Assembly (NCBI GenBank): GCA_964448705.1
Contig: CAYUZS010000003.1
Location: 9,384 to 73,383, forward strand
Source of the DNA: an uncultured Gammaproteobacteria bacterium
Lineage (GTDB): Bacteria; Patescibacteriota; Microgenomatia; UBA12405
Length of the DNA stretch: 64,000 nt
Reading direction: 5' to 3'
Numbering within the stretch: position 1 is the first letter of the stretch; every line of letters starts with the position of its first letter. The position numbers were made by a program, and so were the translations under genes. The notes under the pieces are model-generated. The model was given only the letters and a program-made list of their open reading frames with translations. It was not told where the DNA came from and ran no database searches. This document shows, one piece after another, positions 29,863 through 40,438 of the stretch.

Positions 29863-30341
29863 ATTTTTCCTCCGGCATCAATTTGAACTGCCATTGTTTC
29901 CGCCAGACCTTCCACGGAACTGATTCCAATCGTCATCACATAGTTTGAATTGGCCGGTGTCACAGTATTTTGTAAAATTTTTCCTTCCGGAATCGAAAAT
30001 AATAAACTGCCGGGTGTTATATAAACATTTTTATTGTCTGTCTTAATCGAAAAATAACTTGTTCCCACCCCGGCGGCCAAATTAGCCGCTCTCGCTTCCA
30101 CCACTCCTTCATTTGATATCGTCACACTTACGTAATCCAGCTGGTTAGTAAATCCTGGTGGTGATTGGGAAGTAACAGCGTAATTTCTGGCCAGTTTTAG
30201 TGCCGTCAAAACACTCGATTTAGCGGAATTTACCCGTTGTCTGTATAATGATCCGGAAACAGTCACCACTCCGATTCCCACAATAGTTACCGACACTACT
30301 ATCACCACCATCAGTTCAATCAATGTAAAACCTTTCCTCAT
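29856..30341 (-). CDS. Prepilin-type minor pilin (FimT/GspH-like)
   Basis: G|FTLIEL; LKLARNYA. Confidence 0.85.
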   Translation of the reverse strand: MRKGFTLIELMVVIVVSVTIVGIGVVTVSGSLYRQRVNSAKSSVLTALKLARNYAVTSQSPPGFTNQLDYVSVTISNEGVVEARAANLAAGVGTSYFSIKTDNKNVYITPGSLLFSIPEGKILQNTVTPANSNYVMTIGISSVEGLAETMAVQIDAGGKIW

Positions 30342-30400
30342 AAATTAATTCTAATCTATTTTGGAATAATTTGTTTTATTTCCTTAAAGAGGGGAGTTGT

Positions 30401-30790
30401 TTATGGATTTGTTACCCGGTAATTACAGACTCCGCCGCATTGGCTGGGACCGTTCACCAGGTTGGCTGATCCGGCATCTTCCAGCTGGGAATACAATTCA
30501 TAAACATAATTAGTCGACTTATGATAATAGTAGTTGTATCCCGTTTTTGGATCACTCAATATTGAAGGAATTAAATTCATGTTCACTAAAGTATTTAAAT
30601 CTGCCGGATAAGTTGAACCGATTTGTCTGGCCATTTCCAGCGAAACCCGATATTTTTCCAGGTCGGCCATTCTTTTACTGTCCCGCGATTTCTTGGTTAC
30701 TCCGGCATAACTAACTGCCCCTACTGCCGTTACCAAAGCAATAATCGTCACCACCACAATTAATTCAATCAGTGTAAAACCTTTTTTCAT
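30401..30790 (-). CDS. Type IV pilin / GspG-like
   Basis: MKKG|FTLIEL..SRDSKRMADL..YP..DP; start taken as 30790. Confidence 0.88.
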   Translation of the reverse strand: MKKGFTLIELIVVVTIIALVTAVGAVSYAGVTKKSRDSKRMADLEKYRVSLEMARQIGSTYPADLNTLVNMNLIPSILSDPKTGYNYYYHKSTNYVYELYSQLEDAGSANLVNGPSQCGGVCNYRVTNP

Positions 30791-31209
30791 TGTTGATTGC
30801 TGACACAATAATAATTTCCGGTATTGTTTACCCAACTGGTACAGTTGTTGCTGCTTGAATTACCGGTCGCATTTTCCAAAGTTGCACAAACACAATAAGT
30901 GTTTGCCGCACAAGATGCTGAATTATAAAGATATGGTGATACATTTTTTGGATCCGAAGGGAAAACAAACACCATTGTTCCGTTAGTATCAACCCATTGT
31001 GTCCCGGAACTGCATCCGGCTCTGTAAGTCGAATTATTCATCAGATACCATTGTTCCTGAGCTTTTCGAATCGACTCCATGTCTTGAATTCTCCTCGAAT
31101 CTCTGGCCTTTTTCTGAACTGATCCGTAAGACACTGTCACCAATGCGGTCAGAATAGCAATAATGGATATCGTCACCAACAGTTCAAACAATGTATAACC
31201 TTTTTTCAT
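30787..31209 (-). CDS. Type IV pilin / GspG-like
   Basis: MKKG|YTLFEL..ARDSRRIQD; Cys-rich C-terminus. Confidence 0.88.
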   Translation of the reverse strand: MKKGYTLFELLVTISIIAILTALVTVSYGSVQKKARDSRRIQDMESIRKAQEQWYLMNNSTYRAGCSSGTQWVDTNGTMVFVFPSDPKNVSPYLYNSASCAANTYCVCATLENATGNSSSNNCTSWVNNTGNYYCVSNQQ

Positions 31210-31258
31210 AAATTTATTTTTTAATTTTATAATTTTTCTGTTTTAAATTTTAAACAAC

Positions 31259-31657
31259 TTATCTGGCGCAGACATAATAAACTTTATCAACCGGGGAGGC
31301 GATTCCACATCTTGTTTGCGAGTTTATATCATCATCTCCCTGTCCGGAATCCAAATGCGCCCACAGTAAAAATCCATCCCCGTTATCTGTCCGGGTGTAT
31401 GTATAACCCACACCGGTAGCTGTCATATAAGTCGACAATAGACTCTCGACATTCGTAATTGCACTTCCGGTCGGATAACTCTGATGATCGTTATAGTACA
31501 TTCTCAAAGCATTCTTAATTGCGGTCATATCTTCTATTTTTTGCGTATCCTTAGCCCTTTCTCTAGCTCCGATAAAGTTTGGCAGTAATATCGCCGTTAA
31601 GGTGGCAATAATGGATATCGTCACCAGCAGTTCGACTAAAGTAAATCCTTTTTTCAT
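31259..31657 (-). CDS. Type IV pilin / GspG-like
   Basis: MKKG|FTLVEL..ALRMYYND..YP. Confidence 0.88.
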   Translation of the reverse strand: MKKGFTLVELLVTISIIATLTAILLPNFIGARERAKDTQKIEDMTAIKNALRMYYNDHQSYPTGSAITNVESLLSTYMTATGVGYTYTRTDNGDGFLLWAHLDSGQGDDDINSQTRCGIASPVDKVYYVCAR

Positions 31658-32172
31658 GGAATCAAAGAATCCAAATCGTTAACCGAAACATTTGGGCTGA
31701 CAAAAGCAAAACAGTATCTCCGACCACCGCAATGGGAATAGGCCCCTGCCCCATTATTCATAACGCATTCAGTGTCCGCCGTGTTTTCCAGCATCGCAAA
31801 CAAACCATATCTGTTTCCTCCGTCAGAAACGTAGCAAAAAGGGAAATTGTCATCTAATATTTCTTCCCGTGGAGTTTTTTTCATATATATATAAGGAGTC
31901 GAAGCATTATCGGAAAACTCTCCGCCCCAGGTAACTGTTTTTTCCACTCCGTTATCAACCACTCTTATCATTCCATGTTCTGATTCCGGAAAACTCCCGT
32001 AATCGGCATAATACATCTGCAGTGATTTGGCTAGTGCATTTAAATCTCCCTTTCTGGCCACATCATTAGCTTTTCTCTTGGCTGTTTGAAATTGGGAAAC
32101 TGTGATTACTGTCAAAATAGACATAATTGTAATCACTACTAATAATTCCACTAATGTAAAACCTTTTTTCAT
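31654..32172 (-). CDS. Type IV pilin / GspG-like
   Basis: MKKG|FTLVEL..RKGDL..LQMYYADYGSFP. Confidence 0.88.
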   Translation of the reverse strand: MKKGFTLVELLVVITIMSILTVITVSQFQTAKRKANDVARKGDLNALAKSLQMYYADYGSFPESEHGMIRVVDNGVEKTVTWGGEFSDNASTPYIYMKKTPREEILDDNFPFCYVSDGGNRYGLFAMLENTADTECVMNNGAGAYSHCGGRRYCFAFVSPNVSVNDLDSLIP

Positions 32173-32201
32173 TCCTTATTTATCATATAACAATTCATAG
32201 C

Positions 32202-32888
32202 TTATAGGCAAAGACCACCTTTATAACAGCAGGGGACCAGACAACCGTCAGTCCCTTTGGTATAGGCATTCAAATGTTGAACATCATTGCTGTCAAAAGA
32301 GGAAAAAGATCCGTCCGAATTTTTATAATAGCAGCGTAATGTGTCCGGCACGCAATCCGGATTTAACGATGTTTGCCACCAATTAATATTGCTGCTCGAA
32401 ACTCCGTAATTTACCTGTGTTTTATCTATTGATCCGTCTCCGACTACCAAAGATGGATATTCTCCGACATACCAACCATCAGGAATATCTTTGTCTTTTT
32501 CGTCTTCAAGTTTGGCATATATTTTGTACCAATCCGGACAATTCATCTCATTATCTACCATTCCGTCTCTTCCCACAAAAATCAAATATGGGTTTCTGCT
32601 GACCGGATCACACGGCCAGGAATTAATTCCCCATTTATCAAACACTTCTGTTCCACAGCTGTTGCCCGATGACAATTCGGCTAACAGCTCCATACTTGGG
32701 TAACAACCGGTATCGTTGAAGTATTCTTCAAAAGCCACCTTAATTCTCGACATATCTTTTTTTCTCCTTGAATCGTTTGCTCTCCCTACCAGCATTTTAG
32801 GATTAATTATTCCCACCATCAGTGTTGCTAAAATTGCCAAAATTGCCATCACCACAATAATCTCGACTAACGTAAAACCTCGTCTCAT
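32202..32888 (-). CDS. Type IV pilin / GspG-like
   Basis: MRRG|FTLVEI..DSRRKKD..YFND..YP. Confidence 0.88.
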   Translation of the reverse strand: MRRGFTLVEIIVVMAILAILATLMVGIINPKMLVGRANDSRRKKDMSRIKVAFEEYFNDTGCYPSMELLAELSSGNSCGTEVFDKWGINSWPCDPVSRNPYLIFVGRDGMVDNEMNCPDWYKIYAKLEDEKDKDIPDGWYVGEYPSLVVGDGSIDKTQVNYGVSSSNINWWQTSLNPDCVPDTLRCYYKNSDGSFSSFDSNDVQHLNAYTKGTDGCLVPCCYKGGLCL

Positions 32889-32909
32889 ACTTTCATTTTA
32901 TGCTTTTTT

Positions 32910-33668
32910 TCAGAAATAAGAAATTATTAATTTTATTACCGTTTCTCCCCACCACCACGAAACTAAGGTTCCTAATATCAAAAAAGGACCAAAAGGAATT
33001 GCTTCGCTGCTTTTTTTCTTTTTTAAAATAATCGCCAATAGACCGATCAATGCTCCCACGATAAAAGCAATATAAAAGGCTAAAATTGTTTTCTGCCAAC
33101 CTAACCATAAGCCCATAAATCCGGCTAAAAGTATGTCTCCGTCGCCCATAGCCTGTTTTCCTTTTATTCTGATTTTAGTCAATACCCAGATAAATATTAA
33201 GCTCCCAATTCCGGAAATTATTTTATCCGCGCTGTTACCGTTTCCAAACAAATTTATCGTTGCCAAAAAAATTAATATGTACGAAGAAAAATCAGGCAAA
33301 ATTGTATATTCAGAATCAAACACGGCGCTAAACACCAAAAAGATTATCGCGGCCATTCCCAGCCAGTTGGTTCCGTTAATCAAAAACAAAACTCCTGTCA
33401 TCAATTCCACCACCAGATAAAGAACCGGTAATGGTTTACGACAGCATCGGCTTTTTCCTTTCTGGATTAACCACGATACTACCGGCACATTTTCATACCA
33501 AGACAACTGTTTTCCGCAAAAATCGCACTCCGATCTATTTTTGTTTAATTTCCCAAATTTAATTTTCCTTAGTTTATATTTCACCGCTACCCGGTACACC
33601 AGCATATTCACAAAACTTCCACAGCACAATCCCATAATAAATATAATTACTTTTATAAATATCTCCAT
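32910..33668 (-). CDS. pilD: Prepilin peptidase (A24)
   Basis: GSFVN, RSECDFC, W.ENVPVVSW, MGDGD, IPFGPFL. Confidence 0.93.
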   Translation of the reverse strand: MEIFIKVIIFIMGLCCGSFVNMLVYRVAVKYKLRKIKFGKLNKNRSECDFCGKQLSWYENVPVVSWLIQKGKSRCCRKPLPVLYLVVELMTGVLFLINGTNWLGMAAIIFLVFSAVFDSEYTILPDFSSYILIFLATINLFGNGNSADKIISGIGSLIFIWVLTKIRIKGKQAMGDGDILLAGFMGLWLGWQKTILAFYIAFIVGALIGLLAIILKKKKSSEAIPFGPFLILGTLVSWWWGETVIKLIISYF

Positions 33669-33698
33669 AATCTATTGTACTTTTTTTTCATCCATCAT

Positions 33699-33724
33699 AA
33701 AACCCGCCTAAAAAGGCGGGTTTT
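33699..33724 (-). terminator. Intrinsic terminator after the putative major pilin
   Basis: AAAACCCGCCT-aaaa-AGGCGGGTTTT. Confidence 0.8.
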
Positions 33725-33745
33725 AAATTAAGTTCTGATTTAAGC

Positions 33746-34465
33746 TTATTCCGGTACACACCTAAACATTGCCTGCTCGCCATCCAGCGCCGGAGCAGAC
33801 CAGTCTGCTACTTCAACGGTACCGCAGTTGCCGGTTCCCGGTCTAATCACTTCTCCGGTTGTTTCATTAAGACAGCGCATCTTTAAGGAAAAATCTGCTC
33901 CGGCAGTTATCCGGTTGGCCCCGGCTTTCGGCACATAACAAACATAAATGGAATTGTCGTTGGCTGCCTTGGCTACCCATAAACCTTGTTCCGGATGAGT
34001 ACCGTCCTGTACAGGTAAAAACTCATCCTTGCCGGCAAAAGAACCCTTCAGTTCCGAAGCGCTGATCAACAAATTTGGATACTCATCATCTCCCGCACAG
34101 GTAATAGCAGTAGCATTAGCATCGGCGCTAAGTAATGCCGTTGCATTGTCTGCACCGGAACAGATTCCGAAACCATAAGTTTCAGAGCCTAGTAAGATTG
34201 CGTCGGATAAAGTATAAGGAGTAGCAGGTGCACTTCCGGTTTCAAATTCCATCCATGGATATTTATTATTACTGGCATAATATCTTTCATAAGCATTTAA
34301 CACCTCGGCCGCATCGTTCTGCACTCTCGAATCACGCGCTTTGTTAGATTGCTCGATAGGATTGATCGTTGCCAGCACTGCTACCGACAATATGGCAATT
34401 AACGCGATAACTATCAACAGTTCCACAAGTGTGAAACCGCTTTTTATTTTCATTAGCCTTTTCAT
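33746..34465 (-). CDS. Type IV pilin, probable major pilin
   Basis: G|FTLVELLIVI..INPIEQ..ARD; lies next to pilC and has its own terminator. Confidence 0.85.
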   Translation of the reverse strand: MKRLMKIKSGFTLVELLIVIALIAILSVAVLATINPIEQSNKARDSRVQNDAAEVLNAYERYYASNNKYPWMEFETGSAPATPYTLSDAILLGSETYGFGICSGADNATALLSADANATAITCAGDDEYPNLLISASELKGSFAGKDEFLPVQDGTHPEQGLWVAKAANDNSIYVCYVPKAGANRITAGADFSLKMRCLNETTGEVIRPGTGNCGTVEVADWSAPALDGEQAMFRCVPE

Positions 34466-34508
34466 TTTTTTAAAAAAAATATAATATTTCTAACTTCATT
34501 ATTTACTT

Positions 34509-35720
34509 CTAAAATTGGCTTGTCAAGTCATAAATCGGCATAATCACCGCCACTACCAAAAAACCAACCCCAATCCCTAACACAATCATAATCAACGGCT
34601 CGATTGCTGAAGTCAACGCCTTCACCGATTCTTCAGCTTCAGACGAGAAATAGTCAGAGACTCTTAACAGCACTTCATCCAATTTTCCGGTAGCCTCTCC
34701 GGTTGACACCATTTGTTCCACAATTATAGGAAAAATTCCTGTTTCTTCAAAGGAACTCGAAATGGAGAAACCTTTTTGAACTCTTTCGGCAATTTTTAGA
34801 TAAGATCGGTTATATAGTTCATTATCTGCCACCTTTGCCACAATTCTTAATGCTTCAACCAAACTAATGCCGGCTCCCAACAACAGCGACAAAGTTCTGA
34901 TGGTGTTGGCCAACATCGTCTTTTTGTTCAACTCTCCCAGAATCGGAATCTTTAACTTAAAAGAATCTATTTTTAATTTGATATCCGGACTTTGATTGCC
35001 TGCTCTTAGACCTGAATATATGCCAAATATCAGCACCGGGAACAAAAACCACCATTTAGCTAAAAATCCGGACACGGCCATCAATCCCAAAGTAATCGCC
35101 GGCATTTTGGAACCAAAATCACCATAAAGTCCCAACAGTTTCGGAATCACAAAAATCATCATAATCGCCGCCACAATTACCATACCAACCATCACGATAA
35201 TCGGATAAATCATTGCTCCTTTAACCTTGCTGTTAAATTCGTTTTGGCTTTCCATATTGTTCGCCAGTTTTTGCAGCACTTCTTCCAATACTCCGGCTTG
35301 CTCGCCGGCGGTGATAGAGGCCACATACGCCTCACCAAAAACATTTCTGTATTTTTCCAATGATTTTCCTAGAGGTTGTCCTCCCCGAACCTGATTTAAA
35401 CAATATTCCAAAATTTCCGCCATCGAGACGTTTGATTCTGATTGATCCTTAAGTAAGGATAAAGCGTCGGTTAGCGGCAAGCCAGCTGTCATCATTGTAG
35501 ACAATTGTCTTGTCATTGCCGCCACTTCTTTCAGCCCCACCCTGGAAAATATTTTTTTATACAGTTCATTAAAAGTACTGTTTTTTTCCTCAGCTACATA
35601 AAGGGGGATTAAGCCATTACTTTTCACCGATTCCACCACCTGTGCTTTGTCCGCCATATCCAAAACTCCTTTTATTGTCTTTCCGTTCCAGTCTTTAGCC
35701 TTAAAAATAAATTTGCTCAT
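34509..35720 (-). CDS. pilC: Type IV pilus platform protein PilC (T2SSF)
   Basis: RQLSTMMTAGLPL, GEQAG.L, AMIYP, GEATGKLD, IEP. Confidence 0.95.
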   Translation of the reverse strand: MSKFIFKAKDWNGKTIKGVLDMADKAQVVESVKSNGLIPLYVAEEKNSTFNELYKKIFSRVGLKEVAAMTRQLSTMMTAGLPLTDALSLLKDQSESNVSMAEILEYCLNQVRGGQPLGKSLEKYRNVFGEAYVASITAGEQAGVLEEVLQKLANNMESQNEFNSKVKGAMIYPIIVMVGMVIVAAIMMIFVIPKLLGLYGDFGSKMPAITLGLMAVSGFLAKWWFLFPVLIFGIYSGLRAGNQSPDIKLKIDSFKLKIPILGELNKKTMLANTIRTLSLLLGAGISLVEALRIVAKVADNELYNRSYLKIAERVQKGFSISSSFEETGIFPIIVEQMVSTGEATGKLDEVLLRVSDYFSSEAEESVKALTSAIEPLIMIVLGIGVGFLVVAVIMPIYDLTSQF

Positions 35721-36790
35721 CCGATTTTATTATTTCTTAGATTACTTTGTAATTCTTCAGGTCTTAACGAATAGCTCATGGCCACCTCTTCATCCACTAA
35801 ACCCTGTCTCACCAGTCTGGCCAGAGAAGTTTCCAACCCCACCATCCCTACATCGGCACTGGTTTGGATAATATTATCGAGCATGTAAGCTTTTCCCTCT
35901 CTTATGGCATTTTTTACCGCCGGAGTGGCTGTCATAATTTCAAACACCGGCACTCTGCCTCCGTCCCTCGCCGGTAATAATCTTTGGGAAACAATCGCCG
36001 AAATTACGCTTGCCAATTGGACTCTGGTTTGATCTTTTGAACCTTCAGGAAAAACATCCACAATTCTGTCAACCGTCTGAGCCGCTGAGTTGGTATGCAA
36101 TGTCGAAAACACTAAATGTCCGGTTTCCGCAATTGTCAACGCAGACGATATTGTTTCCAAATCTCTCATTTCTCCTACAAAAACTACATTCGGATCTTCT
36201 CTGAGCACCGACCTTAATGCCCGGTCGAAACTTATAGTGTCAAAACCCAGTTCTCTTTGGGAAATTATCGATTTTACCGGATCGATAATATATTCCACCG
36301 GATCTTCGATCGTCACAATATGTGTACTTTTTGTTTGATTGATTTCATTTAACACCGAAGCAACTGTCGTTGATTTTCCATGTCCTGTCGGACCGGTTAC
36401 CAAAATAAAACCTTGTTTTAAATTAACAAAATCAGAAAAAATTGCCGGTATGTTTAGTTCACTAAATCCGGGAATTTTTGACGGCACCACCCTCAAAGAA
36501 CAAGCCACCTCGTTTTTCTGAAAAAACATATTTACTCTGAATCTGGCCTCATCAGAGGTCAAAGAAAAGTCTATTTCTCTTTCTGATTCCAATTTAACTT
36601 TTTGGGCATCGCTTAAAATCGACAGTATCATTTCTATCATCACCGTCGGCTCAACTTTTTCAAAATTTCCAACTTCAGACAGTTGCCCGTTTACTCTGAT
36701 TCTTGGCAAAATAGAGGCAGAGAGGTGAATATCGGAGGCTTTATTCGCCACCGCCAACGCCAGTATTTCTTTTATCTTTGTGTGCATCAT
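35717..36790 (-). CDS. pilT: Retraction ATPase PilT
   Basis: GPTGHGKSTT, TIEDPVE, LREDPN..GEMRD, AETGHLVFSTLHT, AIREG. Confidence 0.95.
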   Translation of the reverse strand: MMHTKIKEILALAVANKASDIHLSASILPRIRVNGQLSEVGNFEKVEPTVMIEMILSILSDAQKVKLESEREIDFSLTSDEARFRVNMFFQKNEVACSLRVVPSKIPGFSELNIPAIFSDFVNLKQGFILVTGPTGHGKSTTVASVLNEINQTKSTHIVTIEDPVEYIIDPVKSIISQRELGFDTISFDRALRSVLREDPNVVFVGEMRDLETISSALTIAETGHLVFSTLHTNSAAQTVDRIVDVFPEGSKDQTRVQLASVISAIVSQRLLPARDGGRVPVFEIMTATPAVKNAIREGKAYMLDNIIQTSADVGMVGLETSLARLVRQGLVDEEVAMSYSLRPEELQSNLRNNKIG

Positions 36791-36818
36791 ATTTGTTTGT
36801 AATTTATAGTTATCTAAA

Positions 36819-38561
36819 TTAATATTGCGCCACTCTCAATACTTCTTCAATAGTCGTGATTCCTTCCAGTACTTTCACATAACCGTCCTGCTTCATTGTC
36901 AACATCCCTTCTTCCATTGCCTGTTTCTGTATCTCCGATGCCGAAGCTTTTTCCACTACCAGTTTGGAAATTTTTTCACTCATCGTCATCACTTCGTAAA
37001 TAGCAATTCTTCCTAAATATCCAGTATTATTACACTTTTCACAGCCTACAGCTTTCGGCATCTTTATTGTTTTATTTTCTTTCTTCCATTTATCTTCGAT
37101 CATTCCATAAATCGGCCCCAATGTAGTTTTCATTTCCTCCACTGTTTCCGGAGGCACGTCAACTTCGGTTACACAATCTTTACAAACTCTTCTCAATACC
37201 CGTTGTCCGACCACACAGGTCAATGAAGATACTAACAAAAATGGTTCCACCCCCATATCCAACATTCTTGGCGGTACTCCGGAAGCATCGTTGGTATGCA
37301 GAGTTGAAAACACCAAATGTCCGGTTAATGAAGCATTAATAGCCAAGTCTGCCGTTTCCGAGTCGCGGACCTCTCCCACCATTATAATGTTCGGATCCTG
37401 ACGTAAAAAAGATCTTAAAGCCGAAGCAAAAGTTAAACCGGCCTGAACGTTAACCTGAACTTGATTTACTCCTTTCATTTCATATTCCACCGGGTCTTCA
37501 ATCGTCACCACATTTACCTTTGAAGTGGCGACTTTATCCAATACGGAGTACAGAGTAGTTGTTTTTCCGGAACCGGTTGGACCGCAGACAATAATAATTC
37601 CATGAGGTCTTTCTATTGCTTCCATCAAATTTCTTAAAGCTAAGCCTCGTAAACCTAGATCAGGTAAAGTCGGTACCTTTTGTGATTTCTTCAGCAACCG
37701 CATCACCACCTTTTCTCCATAAGTTGTCGGCAACGTTGAAATACGTAAATCTACATCATTGCCGTCCGCGGAAAACATAAACCTTCCGTCCTGAGGAACT
37801 CTCTTTTCATCGATTTTCAGATTGGACAAAATTTTAATTCTGCTCACCACCGCATCATGAACGTTACGGGGTAACATATATTTTTCCTGTAAGATACCGT
37901 CTATTCTGTATCTTATCCGCACACTGTCCTCCTGGGGTTCAATATGGACATCAGAGGCCCTGGATTTAACTGCAAATTCCAATATTGTGTTTACAATCTT
38001 AGCTACCGGCGCTTCTGCAGAAACTTTTGAAGCATTATCGTTTATAACCTGCGACTCATCCTGTTTTCTTTCATCCAAAGCCTTGCTGACTTCCGAAGTA
38101 ATCCCTTTTTCCCGGACATATTTTTCGGAAACAAACTCAACGATCTGTTTTTCGGTGGCAATTGCCGCCTTAACTTTCATACCGGTTTTCTTTTCTAGAA
38201 ACTCGATTGTTTCAATATCCAACGGATTCACCATGGCCACCGACAAAATCTTGTCTTTTGTGTCCATCGAGTAGGGGACTATCTTGTATTTTTGCGCCAC
38301 ACTCTCCGGAACCAAAGCCAATGCCTCCGGCGAAAAACCAATTTCCCTTAAATCAATATAATCAATTCTCAATAAATCAGCCTTAGCTTTGGTAAAATCC
38401 TCATCTAACAATATCCTTAAACTTTTGATTATTTCCTCTTCCGATTCACCGGTTTTTAATTGTCTTAAATTTATTTCATCCGCCTTTTCCTGATCGATTA
38501 GACCTTTGTCCAGCAATACTTCCGACAGATTTTTATATATTTTTGGGGCAGCACCATTCAT
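36819..38561 (-). CDS. pilB: Assembly ATPase PilB (GspE family)
   Basis: ASDVHIEP, GPTGSGKTTT, LRQDPNIIMVGEVRD, tetracysteine motif. Confidence 0.95.
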   Translation of the reverse strand: MNGAAPKIYKNLSEVLLDKGLIDQEKADEINLRQLKTGESEEEIIKSLRILLDEDFTKAKADLLRIDYIDLREIGFSPEALALVPESVAQKYKIVPYSMDTKDKILSVAMVNPLDIETIEFLEKKTGMKVKAAIATEKQIVEFVSEKYVREKGITSEVSKALDERKQDESQVINDNASKVSAEAPVAKIVNTILEFAVKSRASDVHIEPQEDSVRIRYRIDGILQEKYMLPRNVHDAVVSRIKILSNLKIDEKRVPQDGRFMFSADGNDVDLRISTLPTTYGEKVVMRLLKKSQKVPTLPDLGLRGLALRNLMEAIERPHGIIIVCGPTGSGKTTTLYSVLDKVATSKVNVVTIEDPVEYEMKGVNQVQVNVQAGLTFASALRSFLRQDPNIIMVGEVRDSETADLAINASLTGHLVFSTLHTNDASGVPPRMLDMGVEPFLLVSSLTCVVGQRVLRRVCKDCVTEVDVPPETVEEMKTTLGPIYGMIEDKWKKENKTIKMPKAVGCEKCNNTGYLGRIAIYEVMTMSEKISKLVVEKASASEIQKQAMEEGMLTMKQDGYVKVLEGITTIEEVLRVAQY

Positions 38562-38588
38562 ATTTGTTTACTATAATAAATATACATT

Positions 38589-39203
38589 ATGTTGTTTCCT
38601 TCTACACTATTTATCTCTTCTCTTGACACCATTCCCCAGGATTATTTAGATCAATTAGGCCATAAAAAATTGTTAAACAATCCCGATATTCTCATTGTTA
38701 ATGATTATTCCATAGAAAATATTCGTTCACTTAAAAACTTTCTCTCCCGGCAGCCTTATTCCCATGACAACAAAATTATTTTAATCCCTCATGCTGACCT
38801 TCTTAGTTCCGAATCACAAAACACTCTTTTGAAAAGTCTCGAAGAACCTGGGGAAAACAATTATTTTGTTCTGATCACCTCCAAACCCGGTTCTCTTTTG
38901 CCGACCATCGTCTCCCGTTGTCAGCAGATAAGAGATGTTTCCCGATCGGAAACAGACACCACACCGGCTCTCTCTATCCCTAAAAATATTTCCGAAAAAC
39001 TGGCTCTTTCTGAATCCTTAGCCGGCAGTCGGGAGGAAACTTTAAAATATCTTTCTTCGCAAATCGCAGTTTATCAAAAAAAGCTTCTCCGTACTCCCGA
39101 TCAGGAAACATCGATGATTATTGGTAAACTTATTAAAGCTGTTCAGATGGTTAATGCCAATATCGATTCAAAATCTGTTTTTGATTTCCTGTTTTTATCA
39201 TAG
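38589..39203 (+). CDS. holB: DNA polymerase III delta-prime-like protein (short)
   Basis: SQNTLLKSLEEP and LLPTIVSRC; no P-loop region. Confidence 0.75.
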   Translation: MLFPSTLFISSLDTIPQDYLDQLGHKKLLNNPDILIVNDYSIENIRSLKNFLSRQPYSHDNKIILIPHADLLSSESQNTLLKSLEEPGENNYFVLITSKPGSLLPTIVSRCQQIRDVSRSETDTTPALSIPKNISEKLALSESLAGSREETLKYLSSQIAVYQKKLLRTPDQETSMIIGKLIKAVQMVNANIDSKSVFDFLFLS

Positions 39204-39265
39204 TTTTATATTTTTCCCCGCACTATCACCTCAACAGTTTTCCAAAAGATGTTATAATGAGCCAG

Positions 39266-40399
39266 ATGTTTTCACCCATCTTTTCAATCAATAACAGTAT
39301 TATCAAGAATATTGGCGCTATTGAAGCCGCCAAGGCTATTATTGACGAAGCTCCTCTTATCCCTGCTTACGAAAGACAATTCCAACAGGACGCTATTGTC
39401 CGCACTGTTCATTTTGGCACCCGGATTGAAGGTAACGATCTGACTTTTCAGGAAGTTGCCAAACTTGTCGAAGGCCACCAGATCACTGCCACTGAAAGAG
39501 ATGTTCAGGAAGTCATCAACTATCGGAATGTTATCAACTACTTAGAAGAATTGTGGAATCTTTACGAAAAAAATATGCCTCTCCCGGAGGAAAAAACCAT
39601 CCCCAATTTCGATTCATCCGGTCATCGGCCTTTTTTTTACAGTGAAACAATAATCAAAAAAATTCATGAATTAACCACCACTAAAATTATTCCCGATTCT
39701 GAAGTCGGAAAATACCGTCATCAACAGGTGGTTTTGAAAAATACCCGTACCGGAGAAATTGCCCACCGACCGCCTCCGGCTATCGAAGTTCCTTATTTGA
39801 TTACGGATTTAGTCGAATGGTTAAATTTACCCGAATCAAGGGAAATTCATCCTGCCATCCGCGCTGCCATTGTTCATTACATTTTGGTTGCCATCCATCC
39901 ATTTATCGAAGGCAACGGCCGTGTATCCAGGGCTTTTGCCATGCTTCCGCTTTATGTTGAAAGTTATGATATCCGTCGCTTGTTCTCCATAGAAGAATAC
40001 TTCGACCGCAATGCCGAAAGTTATTACAATACTATCCAGGAAACCCACCAATTATCTTTTGACATTTTTAAACGCGATCTTACCAAATGGATTGTTTATT
40101 TCACTGAAGCTCTTAGCATTGAACTCACCAGAGTCAAAGAAAAAGTCCAGTCGCTTTCTCGGGATATTAAATTTAAGCAAAAGTTAGGCAATAAACAAGT
40201 TCATTTAACCGAAAGACAGATTAAACTGGTCGAATACATGCAGCAGTTTGGCGGTCTCCGGATGCCCGATGCCAAATCGCTTTTACCAATGGTTTCCGAC
40301 GATACTATTTGGCGTGATCTGAAAAAATTAATCGATGACAAGGTTTGTGAAAAACGGGGTAGCACTAAGGGTGCTTATTACTGTTTGGCTAATGTCTAG
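39266..40399 (+). CDS. Fic family protein with C-terminal winged HTH
   Basis: HPFIEGNGRVSR, TRIEGN inhibitory-type motif, TIWRDLKKL..GSTKGAYY; start taken as ATG 39266 (7 nt after TATAAT). Confidence 0.9.
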   Translation: MFSPIFSINNSIIKNIGAIEAAKAIIDEAPLIPAYERQFQQDAIVRTVHFGTRIEGNDLTFQEVAKLVEGHQITATERDVQEVINYRNVINYLEELWNLYEKNMPLPEEKTIPNFDSSGHRPFFYSETIIKKIHELTTTKIIPDSEVGKYRHQQVVLKNTRTGEIAHRPPPAIEVPYLITDLVEWLNLPESREIHPAIRAAIVHYILVAIHPFIEGNGRVSRAFAMLPLYVESYDIRRLFSIEEYFDRNAESYYNTIQETHQLSFDIFKRDLTKWIVYFTEALSIELTRVKEKVQSLSRDIKFKQKLGNKQVHLTERQIKLVEYMQQFGGLRMPDAKSLLPMVSDDTIWRDLKKLIDDKVCEKRGSTKGAYYCLANV

Positions 40400-40438
40400 A
40401 AACATCACCTCGACCTGGCCTTAGTTTATAATTTCCTT

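Noticed and set aside
6336-33724. Shared AAAACCCGCC..GGCGGGTTTT stem at 6336 and 33699 as a REP/MITE family
   Set aside because: Only two copies, with different loops, both at gene ends; explained as ordinary terminators
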